Part shown: positions 23,518-33,521 of the stretch, piece after piece
Layout of the letters: every line of letters begins with the position of its first letter
Numbering within the stretch: the stretch's first letter is position 1
Assembly: GCA_963779385.1 (NCBI GenBank)
Contig: CAVZYE010000008.1
Coordinates: 14,828-78,827, forward strand
Direction of reading: 5' to 3'
Length of the DNA: 64,000 bases
Source of the DNA: an uncultured Acidobacteriaceae bacterium
GTDB taxonomy: Bacteria; Acidobacteriota; Terriglobia; Terriglobales; Acidobacteriaceae
The notes under the pieces: model-generated
The model's database searches: none
Told to the model about the DNA's origin: nothing
The model's input: only the letters and a program-made list of their open reading frames with translations
Translations under genes and position numbers: made by a program

Positions 23518-23786
23518 GCACCAATCTGGCACAAAGTTGGGATTGGCCCCACGATTCCCATCTCCGATTATAGAAATTGTTGCAACTACCCCCGTAACTG
23601 GATAGCTTTCCGGGCTTTGCTGAGATGCTCTGAGGAAAAATGTCTGGGTCCAGAATTCTCACCATCGCATCGGCCGGCTGGCCATATTTCATCGGCGTTC
23701 GATGACACAAAAACGATGACTCTCTAAGGAAGGCCTCGCCGAGCCGCAGACGGCTCGGACAAAAGGAACGAGGAGAAGGAAAGACA

Positions 23787-24438
23787 ATGAGCAAGAAACT
23801 CGTATTTGCGCTGTTCGCATTGGCCGTGGCTTTTGCAATCACTCCGGCCGCGACGGCCGATTCATTCAGCTTCAAGTATTCTGGCCCCGTGACCAGCGGG
23901 CCGGCGGGCACGGTCACCCTCGACGGCATCTTCACCACTTCGACTCCTTATGGCCCCAACGGGGGCGACATCGTCACCTCTTTCACAGGCACCTATTCGG
24001 ATACGGGAGATGGGGTTTCCGGAGTTGTGAGCCTTTACCCCGGCGTCGGCACCGATGAGAGTTACCTCACCTCCGAGGACGGTCTTTGGTGGTACGACAA
24101 TCTGTACTACCCCGGCAAAAATGCGCCCGAACACCAGTGGCGGCCAGTTCGATTACTATGGCCTCATGCTTTATGTCGGCCCGTCCAGCGACCCCAAGGA
24201 GTGGGAAGTGAACTTCTGGGCAAACACGAGCACCACCTATCAGTTTGAAGAGGCGTTGATCGGAGAGGGCTTGTTGAGTTCTTCAACCGGCATCGGCATC
24301 ACCGATAACGAGGGCTCTTCGGGTCCGTCGATCACAGCGACCCCGGAGCCTGATTCTCTTTTGTTGCTCGCCACAGGGATGCTCTGCTTGGCCTTGGTCG
24401 CTTCTCGCAAGCGCACAGAGTTTGGCCGCGAGCTGTAA
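23787..24438 (+). CDS. PEP-CTERM sorting-domain protein (one frameshift near 24125)
   Basis: Signal peptide; C-terminal TPEPDSLLLLATG..CLALVASRKR. Confidence 0.85.
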
Positions 24439-24505
24439 TTCCGTTCACTATCAATCAGCAGGAAATGCAGGGCCGGGAGCCAAGCAATTGGCTACCCGGC
24501 CCTTT

Positions 24506-25333
24506 CTATTCCTGCGTGTCTTGCCGGCGGATGGAATCGAGGAGCTTGCGGTCTTCTTTGGATAAGGCGGCGTGCTCCAGGAGATCGGGGCGGTTGACGA
24601 GGGTTTTGCGGAGTTGCTGCTCGCGGCGCCAGAGGCGAATCTGGTGGTGGTCGCCGTTGAGGAGGACTTCGGGGGCGCGGAGACCCTCGAATTCTGCCGG
24701 GCGGGTGTAGTGAGGGTAGTCCAGGAGGCCGCCGGCGCCGTGCTGGGAGCGGGGAACGCCTTCGGTATCGGTGGTGATTTCGGAGTCGGGAACGCCGAAG
24801 CTTTCGAATTCGCCGGAGGATTCGTTGCCGAGGACGCCGGGGATGAGGCGCATGGTTGCATCGAGCACTACGGCTGCGGCCAGTTCGCCGCCGCTGAGGA
24901 CGTAGTCGCCGATGGAGAGCTCCATATCGCAGTAGAGCTGGTTGATGCGCTCGTCTACGCCTTCGTAGCGGCCGCAGAGAAGGATTATGCGGTCGAGAGT
25001 GGCCAGTTCGCGGGCTACGGCCTGGGTGAAGGGACGGCCCTGGGCGGAGAGCAGGATCACCTGCGGTGGGGCAGACTGCGCTTGCGCGCGTTGAGCTTTG
25101 GGCTCGATGCCCAGCGAGGCGAGGGCTTCGGCCAGGGGCTCGGGCTTGAGGACCATGCCTTCACCGCCGCCAAAGGGGCGGTCGTCTACGGTGCGGTGAC
25201 GGTCGTGGGTAAAGTTGCGCAGATCGTGGACGCCAATCTCGACCAGTCCTTCGGCAAGGGCGCGGCGGAGAATGCCATTCTCGAAGATGCCGGCAAAGAA
25301 GCCGGGAAAGATGGTGACGATCTCAAAGCGCAT
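24506..25333 (-). CDS. trmD: tRNA (guanine37-N1)-methyltransferase
   Basis: VDDRPFGGG.GM, CGRYEGVDER, SIGDYVLSGGE, YTRP. Confidence 0.97.
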   Translation of the reverse strand: MRFEIVTIFPGFFAGIFENGILRRALAEGLVEIGVHDLRNFTHDRHRTVDDRPFGGGEGMVLKPEPLAEALASLGIEPKAQRAQAQSAPPQVILLSAQGRPFTQAVARELATLDRIILLCGRYEGVDERINQLYCDMELSIGDYVLSGGELAAAVVLDATMRLIPGVLGNESSGEFESFGVPDSEITTDTEGVPRSQHGAGGLLDYPHYTRPAEFEGLRAPEVLLNGDHHQIRLWRREQQLRKTLVNRPDLLEHAALSKEDRKLLDSIRRQDTQE

Positions 25334-25401
25334 ACGATTCGATCATACGGCTGCGGCAGCATTTCCGCCGTGAGCAATGGCCAGAGCCCGCACCATGCTT
25401 A

Positions 25402-26024
25402 TTAGAAGCCGTAGTGCTTGAACGGAATATCGACGTTGAAGTAAAAGGTCTGCTCCGTTCCGTCCTGGGCATTCTTCACTTTCATGACGTCGTAAGAGTG
25501 GCCGTCTTTATGCATCAAGCTCTGTTGATGGGAAAACGCTGAAGCCGAGGACGCGCAGAACCACATATTCCTCGTGGACGTTGATCACCACCCAGGCCTT
25601 CTCCGTCGATTTGCCGTCGCCCGAATCGAGGATCGATTTGAGCAGCCCGCGAAAAACGTGCATAGTGGAACTCCGACTTATCTTTTGCGCCCAGCTCCCG
25701 GTTCGCCACCATGGCCACAAAGTGCGCATCCATATTCACGTAGTCGCTGCTCAGCACGATTTCGGCAATTTTGAGAGCCGCGGGATAGTCCTTGTTGTTC
25801 AGAGCCGCGATCATGGCTTTCTCGGAATCGGAGGTATCTTTGGCCGCCTTGTATTCGGGAGAATCCATGTAGCTGATGCGCAGGCGAGCGTAGTCGATGT
25901 CGGTTTTGCCCGCTTTGAGCGAGGCGAGCAGCGTAGCGTATTCGGAGGGTTGATCGAGGGCGGCAACGGACGAGGGCAGAATTGCCACGGCAAGCAGGCC
26001 AAGAATCACGAATATTTTGCGCAT
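25402..26024 (-). CDS. Secreted DUF4919-like protein (frameshifted)
   Basis: Signal peptide; LLKSILDSGDGKS.EKAW.VI.V.EEY; C-terminal SYDVM...FYFNVD. Confidence 0.7.
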
Positions 26025-26179
26025 AATGCGGGAATTCTAATCTGCGCAAAAATGGGTGTCTATCGATTCATGCAGCAAGGTTTCCGGCTCTTGCTGGCAC
26101 ATTTGGCAATGTGGCCGGACCTCGAAAATCTTCTACAGTGCACGGCCGCCTGGATGTGGTGTAATGTTGGGCAACAGTT

Positions 26180-27375
26180 ATGGCTGACATTGATACGTTG
26201 TTAAATCGCTGGCAAACGGCCGGCGTCCTGGATGCGGAGGCTGCTGACCGCATTCGCGCCTTTGAGGGAGAATCCGCCACGACGGACCGGCGCGCCGGGT
26301 TGCGCTGGCAGGGGATGGTGGCGCTGATTCTGGGGGCTATCCTGCTGGCCTGCGGGGTGGTGCTGTTTGTCTCGGCCCACTGGGACGAGTTCGGGCCCGG
26401 CGCGCGGTATGCGCTGGTGATGGGAATGGTGGCCGTCTTCCACCTGGGCGGGGCGTGGGCGCGCAAGGATTTTCGCGGGCTTTCAACGGCACTGCACGCG
26501 GTGGGAACGATTTCGACCGGGGCGGCGATTGCGCTGGTCGGGCAGATCTTCAATATTCGAGGAGCACTGGCCGGCGGCGATATTGCTGTGGGCCGTCGCG
26601 GCGCTGGCCGGATGGGTACTGCTGCAGGATGAGGCGCAGCAGACGCTAACGCTGCTGCTGTTTCCGGCCTGGATTCTTGTCGGAGTTTTCTTATTACGCC
26701 GCAGGGCACATTGGAGAGAACGTCTATATCGGACGGTTCCTGGTGGTTTGGGCGGTTCTCTATTTGACCGTATTTCTGGGGTCAAAGCATAAGGCGGTGC
26801 AGGGGATTCTGTTTGCTGTCTCGGCCGTTGCGGCGGTTACTGGGATTGTCTATCTGGCGGGGGGCTGGAGTTCGTGGGGGGACCAGACTTATTTGTCGTT
26901 TGGAACACGGATGTGGGGCTGGACCGTGATTGCCGTGCTGCCGCTCTGCTTCTCAGTTATCCGGATGCGCAGGAGCAGCGTGCCGGCGACGGCGGCGATC
27001 GCTTTCTCAATTGTGCTGCCCTGGTGCCAGCGCATCTGGACAGAGAGCTACAACTATGGCATCTATCGCCACACCTATATCCGGAATGAGCCCAACCTTG
27101 CTGCTCACACGCTGGTTGCGGCGTTTGCAGTCTTTCTGGTTTGGTGGGGGGTGCACCACGCCAGTAAGGCGCTGGTGAATCTGGGTATTGTGGGGTTTGC
27201 GATTGCGGTGGGGTGGTTTTACTTCAGCGACATTTACGGTGCCATGGGACGCTCGCTGGGGTTGATCGGGCTGGGCATTCTCTTCCTGGCCGGGGGATGG
27301 GCGCTCGAAAAGATGCGGCGCGGGCTGCTGGCCGGGATGGAGCATAAAGACGCTGCGACCGAGGAGGCCAAATGA
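26180..27375 (+). CDS. DUF2157-family membrane protein (frameshifted)
   Basis: L.RW...G.L, LGAILL..G..LFVSAHW, GAAIALVGQIFN. Confidence 0.75.
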
Positions 27376-27969
27376 AGCTGGGCAGGATTTCGCTCTCTGT
27401 GACTTCGCTGGTGTTGCTGGTGGTTCAACTGGCGATTGTTTCGACAATTGCGGGCAAGTACCTTTATCAGCGGTGGAGCTGCCCCCGGGTTTGGACGCGG
27501 GCCACTATGTACGATCCGCAGTTGCCGATGCGAGGACGCTATCTGAGTATGCAATTGGTGGTGGACGGCTGCAAGAGCACGCTTCCTTCAGCGAAGGAGG
27601 CCGTGATGCCGAGGAATGTGGACGGCGTGCAGACGGGGAAGACCTATACGATTCATTCGGATCAAGCGGTTCGGTTTCCGGCAAAGCTCAAGGTGGAGAG
27701 CGGCAAGCTGCTGGCGATCAGGATTCCGGAGGGAAATGGGAAGGCCGGATGAACTGATGGTGGAAGGACGGCCGGGGGACTCGTGCGAGAACCTGCGGCT
27801 GGATGAGCCGGTGGACTTCTATATTGCGCAGACCGCGGCTGCTCCGGGGCCGCTCAAGGCGGGGCAGGAGCTATGGATCGAAGTGACGGTGCCGTCGAAA
27901 GGACCGCCGCGGCCGATCCAGTTGGCGATGAAAGATGGGGGAGCCTGGAGGCCGCTGGCGTTTCAGTAG
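27372..27969 (+). CDS. GDYXXLXY-like membrane-anchored protein (frameshift near 27750)
   Basis: YDP..PMRGRYLSMQL motif; ATGA overlap with DUF2157, its usual partner. Confidence 0.7.
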
Positions 27970-27998
27970 GGGGTTGGTGCGGATCCTTCCGGGGCTAA

Positions 27999-28937
27999 GA
28001 ACTTATCCGTAAATAACAATAGTTTGTCTCCAGCAGATAAGAGCAGCGGCGAGTTGTAGCAGAGCCGTGTAGCTGGCCTCTGTCTTTTCGAAGCTGACCA
28101 GCAGCTTGCGGAAGCGGTTGAGCCAGGAGTGGGTTCGTTCCACCACCCATCGGCGCGGTTTGGAGTCCGGGTAGCGGTACTTGATGAGCCGCTCTTCGGC
28201 GCGTGATTTAACGCGGGGATAGTATTGGTGCTTGCGGGCGATCTTGCTAACTGGGTAGCCGACATAGCCGGCATCCAGACAGAGATATTGGTAGTTTTTC
28301 CATCCTGTAACCTCAGGGCGTTGGACCACGACCTGTGCCAGGGTCCGATCCAGCAGCTTGGAGTCGTGGAGGTTGGCGCCGCTGACGGCGATCGACAGTG
28401 GGAGTCCACGGGCGTCGACCAACAGACTGCGTTTGCGTCCTTTTTTTCCCCCGGTCGGTCGGGTTTCGACCAACACATTCGGTAGCTAGCGGTGCTTTGC
28501 CCATGGCTCCATCGGCTGATTGCCACTGCCAGGCTATGCCGTGCATCCCGTCATACTCGGCCAGCCCAGCCTGCCACAGCTTCTGGAACAAGCCAGCCTT
28601 GTGCCAGTTCTGAAAGTACTGATGCACTGCGCTAGCCGAACCGAACTCCCGGGGCAATGCTTTCCATTGAATGCCGGTCCGCAGAACGTAAACAATCGCC
28701 GAAAAAACTTGTCGAGAAGACATCGGCTTGCGTCCAGCTCCAGCCTTGCGTTGATACGTTCGCCCTGCTTCCCGCTTGCGTACTGGGATCAGCGGCTCAA
28801 CCTTGCTCCACAAATTATCTGAAACCGTCCAAGACTTGATCTGAGCCATATTGAATTCATCATCGCCGCTACCAATCGCTTGCAAATCAGAGATTCAGTC
28901 GCACGCATCAAAGTCGTCACTATTTACGGATAAGTTC
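27999..28937 (-). mobile_element. IS5-family insertion sequence (two-ORF type, 939 bp)
   Basis: Perfect IRs GAACTTATCCGTAAATA / TATTTACGGATAAGTTC; TAA duplication at 27996-27998 and 28938-28940. Confidence 0.92.
28003..28849 (-). CDS. IS5-family transposase in two ORFs joined at a G5A7 run
   Basis: YVLRTGIQW.ALP, WQSADG, PTDRGK; KRSLLVD..GLP, CLDAGY, RWVVERTHSWLNRFR. Confidence 0.92.
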
Positions 28938-29007
28938 TAAAGCCCAAGTTCGTTTTATTGAGTTTATGTACGGGTATTGGTTCCTGCATTGATAGTTTCC
29001 TTGCGCC

Positions 29008-29094
29008 GTCCCTACGGGACTCCGTAACAAAACTTATGGAATCCTTTTTCCCCACGCTGAAGCGCGGGGCTAACTAACTCTGCGCCTCCGGCGC
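29008..29094. repeat. Cluster of REP-like hairpins (GTCCCTACGGGAC; CCCACGCTGAAGCGCGGG; GCGCCTCCGGCGC)
   Basis: Three short palindromes between the IS and rimM. Confidence 0.6.
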
Positions 29095-29163
29095 GTTGGG
29101 GCGCGGATTATTTATGTGATCCTCGATGAAGCACATACCTTTCAAATCAATCAAATTTTGTTC

Positions 29164-29772
29164 TCAGGATTTCCCTGTAGCATTAAGGTCGGTCAGGCCT
29201 TCGGGGAGGGCCATTTCTACTCGCTTGGCGGCGAGGTCGATGGTGCGGAGGTAGGTTTTGGCGAAGGGGACCAAGATTTCTTCCGCTGAGGTTGCGCTGC
29301 GGACGGCTAGCAGGGCTACGGGGCCGGCGGTTCGGTTTACGTCTTCGATTTGGCCTACCAGGACGGGTGCGTCAGATTTGGCTACGTCGTAGAGGGTGCA
29401 GCCTACCAGGTCGGCTATGTAGACTTCGTCTTCGGCGAGCGGGGCCCGGTCGGCGCGCGGAATGGCTACGTTGAGGCCGGCGAGGGTTTCGGCGGCGGAG
29501 ATGGAATCTACGCCGGAAAAGTGCAGGACGATGCCGCCTTTATGGAGCCAGTGGGCGATGAGTTCGACCTGGCGAGGGGTAGGGGCGAGCGGAGATTTAG
29601 GTCGAGGTGAATCTGGGTCGGACAGCAGCCATAGCTGTCGGCGCTCGGCGAACTTCTCTGGGAAATCGGTGAGGATATCTGCGAAGACTTCGCCCTTACG
29701 GCCCTGGGGCCGGCGGATGCGAGCCAATGCTACCCACTGGGCAGCTTGATCAGGCTGTTCAGACGCGGTCAT
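29164..29772 (-). CDS. rimM: Ribosome maturation factor RimM
   Basis: PQGRKGEV....TDFPE.F, Y..DL.G, LVPF; context with rpsP and trmD. Confidence 0.93.
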   Translation of the reverse strand: MTASEQPDQAAQWVALARIRRPQGRKGEVFADILTDFPEKFAERRQLWLLSDPDSPRPKSPLAPTPRQVELIAHWLHKGGIVLHFSGVDSISAAETLAGLNVAIPRADRAPLAEDEVYIADLVGCTLYDVAKSDAPVLVGQIEDVNRTAGPVALLAVRSATSAEEILVPFAKTYLRTIDLAAKRVEMALPEGLTDLNATGKS

Positions 29773-29814
29773 TCAGGCCTCCTGGAATGGATGGAGGCGA
29801 AAGCGGCAACCATC

Positions 29815-30084
29815 TCAGAGGTCGTCGTCCTCTTCCAGAATATCGAGCGTATAGCGATGATGCAGCTTGGTGCTGACTGCGCCAAGGATGGTGCGTACCG
29901 AGCGTGCGGTGCGCCCCTGTTTGCCGATTACTTTGCCCACGTCCTGGGGAGCAACCCGAAGCCGGAGAGCGGTACTCTCGTCGCGGTCGACGATCTCTAC
30001 GTCGACGGCATCCGGTTCATCAACCAGGGCTCGCGCGATCTCGCGAACCAGTTCTTCTACTGCGACCATATTGTTTTGGGTCAT
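29815..30084 (-). CDS. khpA: KH-domain RNA-binding protein KhpA
   Basis: LVD.P..V, D.GKVIGKQGRTA; lies between rpsP and rimM. Confidence 0.9.
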   Translation of the reverse strand: MTQNNMVAVEELVREIARALVDEPDAVDVEIVDRDESTALRLRVAPQDVGKVIGKQGRTARSVRTILGAVSTKLHHRYTLDILEEDDDL

Positions 30085-30255
30085 ACTCTTGCCTCTGACC
30101 GTATGAATCCAAGAATTATATGCCAAGAATCGGCGTCTTGGGTCGGTGCGCGCATAGTATCAGCACACACCCACCCCCGTCAGTAACCGAAAAAAGCGCA
30201 GGCTCGGATGCCTACGCTCATGGGTCCATGAGGAGGGGGCGGGCGCAGAGCGGAA

Positions 30256-30552
30256 TCAGGCTTCGACGGAGTCGGAGGCCGGTGCTGCGGCGGGAACCTG
30301 CTCCACACCGGGAGCCTGAACAGGAGTCTTATCCACCAGCTTTGCGACGATGGTGGAGAACTGAGCACCCTGGCTGCGCCAGTAGTCGATGCGGTCGCGC
30401 TTCAGGTCGACCGTGGCCGGGCTCGTGCGGGGGTTATAAGTGCCGACAACCTCGATTGAACGGCCATTGCGTGCGCGGTCTTTTTCAATGACCACGATGC
30501 GATAGTAGGGCTGCTTGGGGGCGCCAACGCGCGCCAGACGAATCATTACCAC
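30256..30552 (-). CDS. rpsP: 30S ribosomal protein S16
   Basis: IRLAR.G..KQPYYRIVV...R.R.GR.IE.VG.YNP. Confidence 0.97.
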   Translation of the reverse strand: MVMIRLARVGAPKQPYYRIVVIEKDRARNGRSIEVVGTYNPRTSPATVDLKRDRIDYWRSQGAQFSTIVAKLVDKTPVQAPGVEQVPAAAPASDSVEA

Positions 30553-30794
30553 GGTTATACGGTTCCTTTCAAAATCCGGTGCTCTGTTGCGATTCTTGGG
30601 GGCTTTTCCGGCCCGCGGCGGAGAGCTTTGCGCAGGGCCAAATCAACGGCCAGGCGTGTGCGCCCAGCCACACAAGACTCAACATCTAAGTATCGCCGAA
30701 AGCAGGCGTTTGAGGCAAATGGCGCTCCCATAGGGTAGATTCCTAACCCTGTTTTTTTGGTTACAAGCGGGTTGCAGTTCTGTAAAATCCTGCC

Positions 30795-31268
30795 ATGAAG
30801 GGTAACCCGAAGGTCATCGAACACTTGAATCGTGCGCTTCGCGAGGAGCTCACCGCCATCAACCAGTACTTTCTTCACGCGGAAATGTGCGAGAACTGGG
30901 GATATGACCGTCTCGCCAAATACATAAAAATGCAATCCATCGGGGAGATGAAGCACGCCGAGTCGCTGATGGAGCGCATTCTGTTTTTAGATGCCACGCC
31001 CAGTATGGAGCCGCTGAAACTTACGATTGGCGGGAACGTCAAGGCCATGATCGAGGCCGATCTGAAGCTGGAGGTCGATGCCGTGGCCATGTATAACGAG
31101 TCGGTTCGCGTCGCGACGGAGGAGAAAGACAACGGCTCGCGCGATCTATTTGTCCAGCTTCTCAAGGATGAGGAAGATCACGTGGATTGGCTGGAAGCCC
31201 AGACGCACCAGATCGCAGAGCTAGGTTACGAGCGGTATTTGACTATGCAGATGGGCGAGGAAAAGTAG
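30795..31268 (+). CDS. bfr: Bacterioferritin
   Basis: MKG..KVI, ELTAINQYFLH, EMKHA, DEE.H.DWLE. Confidence 0.96.
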   Translation: MKGNPKVIEHLNRALREELTAINQYFLHAEMCENWGYDRLAKYIKMQSIGEMKHAESLMERILFLDATPSMEPLKLTIGGNVKAMIEADLKLEVDAVAMYNESVRVATEEKDNGSRDLFVQLLKDEEDHVDWLEAQTHQIAELGYERYLTMQMGEEK

Positions 31269-31284
31269 CTTAATCTCTGTCAGT

Positions 31285-31315
31285 CCCAGGTCTCAAAATC
31301 GAGACCTGGGCACCC
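31285..31315 (+). repeat. REP-like hairpin, short form
   Basis: CCCAGGTCTC-AAAATC-GAGACCTGGG-CACCC; copy at 22346. Confidence 0.8.
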
Positions 31316-31412
31316 GGCGCACGAGATCTGAAAACCCCGCGCTTGCCGCAGATAGATTCCTGGTTCCCCGCCGCGCTCTTTCAAGACACGGTTTATCCAA
31401 GCAGTAGCGGCG

Positions 31413-31598
31413 CTATTTCCCGGATTTACCCTTCTTGCCTCCGCCGGCCTTGGCTGCGGCCTGCTGCGGCTGGTCCCCGCTATGGTGGCGCTTGTGGTGT
31501 GCGATGGCCTTGGCGATTTCTTCGGGGGAAAGCTTGCTTTGACTGCCTAGATGCAGAACGTCGTTTGCGATTGAATTGTCTGGTTTGGTTGTTTCCAT
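31413..31598 (-). CDS. Small basic hypothetical protein (61 aa)
   Basis: Strong RBS AAAGGAG upstream of ATG; His/Lys-rich C-terminus. Confidence 0.6.
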   Translation of the reverse strand: METTKPDNSIANDVLHLGSQSKLSPEEIAKAIAHHKRHHSGDQPQQAAAKAGGGKKGKSGK

Positions 31599-31634
31599 GG
31601 ATTTCTCCTTTTTCAAGGGAGGGCGCTCATCTGC

Positions 31635-31780
31635 GAGCTGCCGTGCAAGGTCACAAATGCGCGTCCTTCCGGCTTGGCGGAAACCCTCAGCGGCGCGGGA
31701 ATGGCGCTCTGAGGCAGGCAGGGCAGGTCACAGTTATCCGCCTCGGCCACCCTGGCGTGAGCAGCCGCTGAAGGCAGCTC
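31635..31780. ncRNA. Candidate structured RNA (nested stems)
   Basis: GAGCTGCC/GGCAGCTC, GGCGGA/TCCGCC and CCTCAG/CTGAGG nested; family not recognised. Confidence 0.35.
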
Positions 31781-31840
31781 CTCTATTCAGGATAATCTCT
31801 TCCGGCACATGAGGGTAGTGTGGCTTGTTTTGCTCGCCTG

Positions 31841-32432
31841 CTACGCTTTGATCTTCTTCAGCAGCCAGGCCATGTTCTGGCCCGAGGGTTTTCATGGTTT
31901 GAATGCCCTCTTCGTCCTTTTCGACGTCGCCGATCTCGCGGCCGATGCCGATGTTCCAATAGGACGAGCCGGGTACGATCATTTCGCCGATCAGGAAGAA
32001 GTGGTTCAGGGTATCGAAGGCGTGAATGGCTCCGGCGCGGCGCACGGCTACCACGGCCGCGCCCACTTTGCGGCGGAAAAGGCCGCCGTTGGCCTTCGAA
32101 ACCAGACAGGCGCGGTCCATCAGGGCCTTGATTTCGGGAGAGACGTCGGCAACATAGGTGGGCGAGCCTAGCAGGATGCCGTCGGCCTGCTCCATTTTTT
32201 CGATATAGGCGTTTCCCATATCGCCGGTTTGCGAACAGCGGCGGTTCTTGTTTTCCGAGCATTTGCGGCACGCCAGGCAACCGTGAATTTTGGCTCCGCT
32301 CAGTTCAATCAGTTCGGTTTCGATGCCTTCCGTCTCAAGTTCCTTGAGGACATATCGAAGCAGGATGGATGTGTTTCCGCCTTTGCGGGCGCTGCCGTTG
32401 AATGCAACAACTTTGGCATGAGTGCCGTTCAT
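31841..32432 (-). CDS. Iron-sulfur flavoprotein / flavodoxin-family protein (frameshift near 3' end)
   Basis: NGSARK.GNT, C..C..C.....RC, GSPTY, true end LGQNMAWLLKKIKA. Confidence 0.88.
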
Positions 32433-32590
32433 GAATGAATTTCCCCTTGCAGGTGCTCCAGTACACCGGATGCGACCTCTTCCCAAACTCTCCATTGTGC
32501 TCCTTTGACGGCTTGGATGACCAGTGGGAGCGGATGCTGGCAAGGATTGCGGTATGAGAATTGGGACAAGCGGCGGTTGTTGCCTTGCTG

Positions 32591-32636
32591 CCCCACCCGA
32601 GCCGCAAGAGCAAAGACGCGGCGAGGGTGGGGCACC
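32591..32636 (+). repeat. REP-like hairpin, family A
   Basis: CCCCACCC.AGCCGC...GCGGCGAGGGTGGGGCACC. Confidence 0.8.
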
Positions 32637-32651
32637 GGCAGTTTTTATTTC

Positions 32652-33296
32652 CTATGCGTTGTGCTCCATTGCTTCTTCCGTTTGTCCGGTCATGGCGTAG
32701 AGGATGACTCGGGCAGTGGAGTCTTCATCTTTTCGGGAGCTGATCATCAGGTCGTAGAGATGGAGATTGCACCAGCTCTTGCCGAAAAACTGTTGCAGGT
32801 ATTTTGCGCGCTGTTCATCTACGGTGCGAATGCGCTGCTCAACGTTTGCGCCCTTCTCCAGGCGCTCACGGCAGCGGAGGATGCGCTCTTTCAACGGAGC
32901 GTAAACGAACGCATGATAGGCGTCGGGCTTGTGCTGGAGAATGCACTGGGCGCCTCGGCCCACGATGACACAATTGCCGTCTTTCCAGGCTTGCTCGACA
33001 ATCTTCTGGGTGAGTTTTACCGTCTGCTCGGCATCGAATACTGAATCTTCGCGGAGTTCGAGGCCGGCGGCCAGAGCGGCGGAGCGCATGGCCTGCTGAT
33101 TGAAGCGGCGAAGCCATGAGTCGACGTGCTCATCGTAATGGCGGACGACATTGGGGCTGACGTGGGCCTCGTAGGCGATGGCGTCGATGATATCGCGGTC
33201 GAGCAACTTCCATCCGAGCCAGCCGGCGATGGATTCAGCAATTCGGCCTCCCCCGCAGCCGAATTCCCTGTTGACGGTCAATACCCGGTATTTCAT
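32652..33296 (-). CDS. Cytidylate kinase-like family protein
   Basis: TVNREFGCGG, CVIVGRGA, YDL.I. Confidence 0.85.
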   Translation of the reverse strand: MKYRVLTVNREFGCGGGRIAESIAGWLGWKLLDRDIIDAIAYEAHVSPNVVRHYDEHVDSWLRRFNQQAMRSAALAAGLELREDSVFDAEQTVKLTQKIVEQAWKDGNCVIVGRGAQCILQHKPDAYHAFVYAPLKERILRCRERLEKGANVEQRIRTVDEQRAKYLQQFFGKSWCNLHLYDLMISSRKDEDSTARVILYAMTGQTEEAMEHNA

Positions 33297-33469
33297 TTTT
33301 GCCCCCTTAGTTGTGATTCCCGTCGATGGCTTTGAGGTGCATGGAGTACTTCCAAAGCTATTGGACGACGGCCGACAACGGCTTTACGTTTGCGGTTGCC
33401 AATTATAGCGCACGGCATTGCGATGCTGTTGATTCTGTTGCACGCCTGGGGAATAGACTGCATGGAAGC

Positions 33470-33505
33470 AAATAGAAACCCCGGCCGCGGCCGGGGTTTC
33501 TATTT
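33470..33505. terminator. Perfect 36-bp palindrome, intrinsic terminator
   Basis: AAATAGAAACCCCGGCCGCGGCCGGGGTTTCTATTT, just downstream of the 33522 stop. Confidence 0.8.
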
Positions 33506-33521
33506 GGAAGCGGAAGCAGAA

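Noticed and set aside
23505-23540. Sigma54 promoter at TGGCAC words
   Set aside because: GG-to-GC spacing is 9, or the GC is missing; 10 is required.
23690-23760. c-di-GMP-I riboswitch before the PEP-CTERM gene
   Set aside because: Only vague similarity (GACACAAAA, CTAA); lacks GGCAAAC, the GNRA loop and P1 pairing.
32433-32543. Extended N-terminus or leader peptide of the flavoprotein (repeated GGAGCAC)
   Set aside because: No recognisable motif; family homology begins at MNGTHAKVVAFNGS; evidence too weak.
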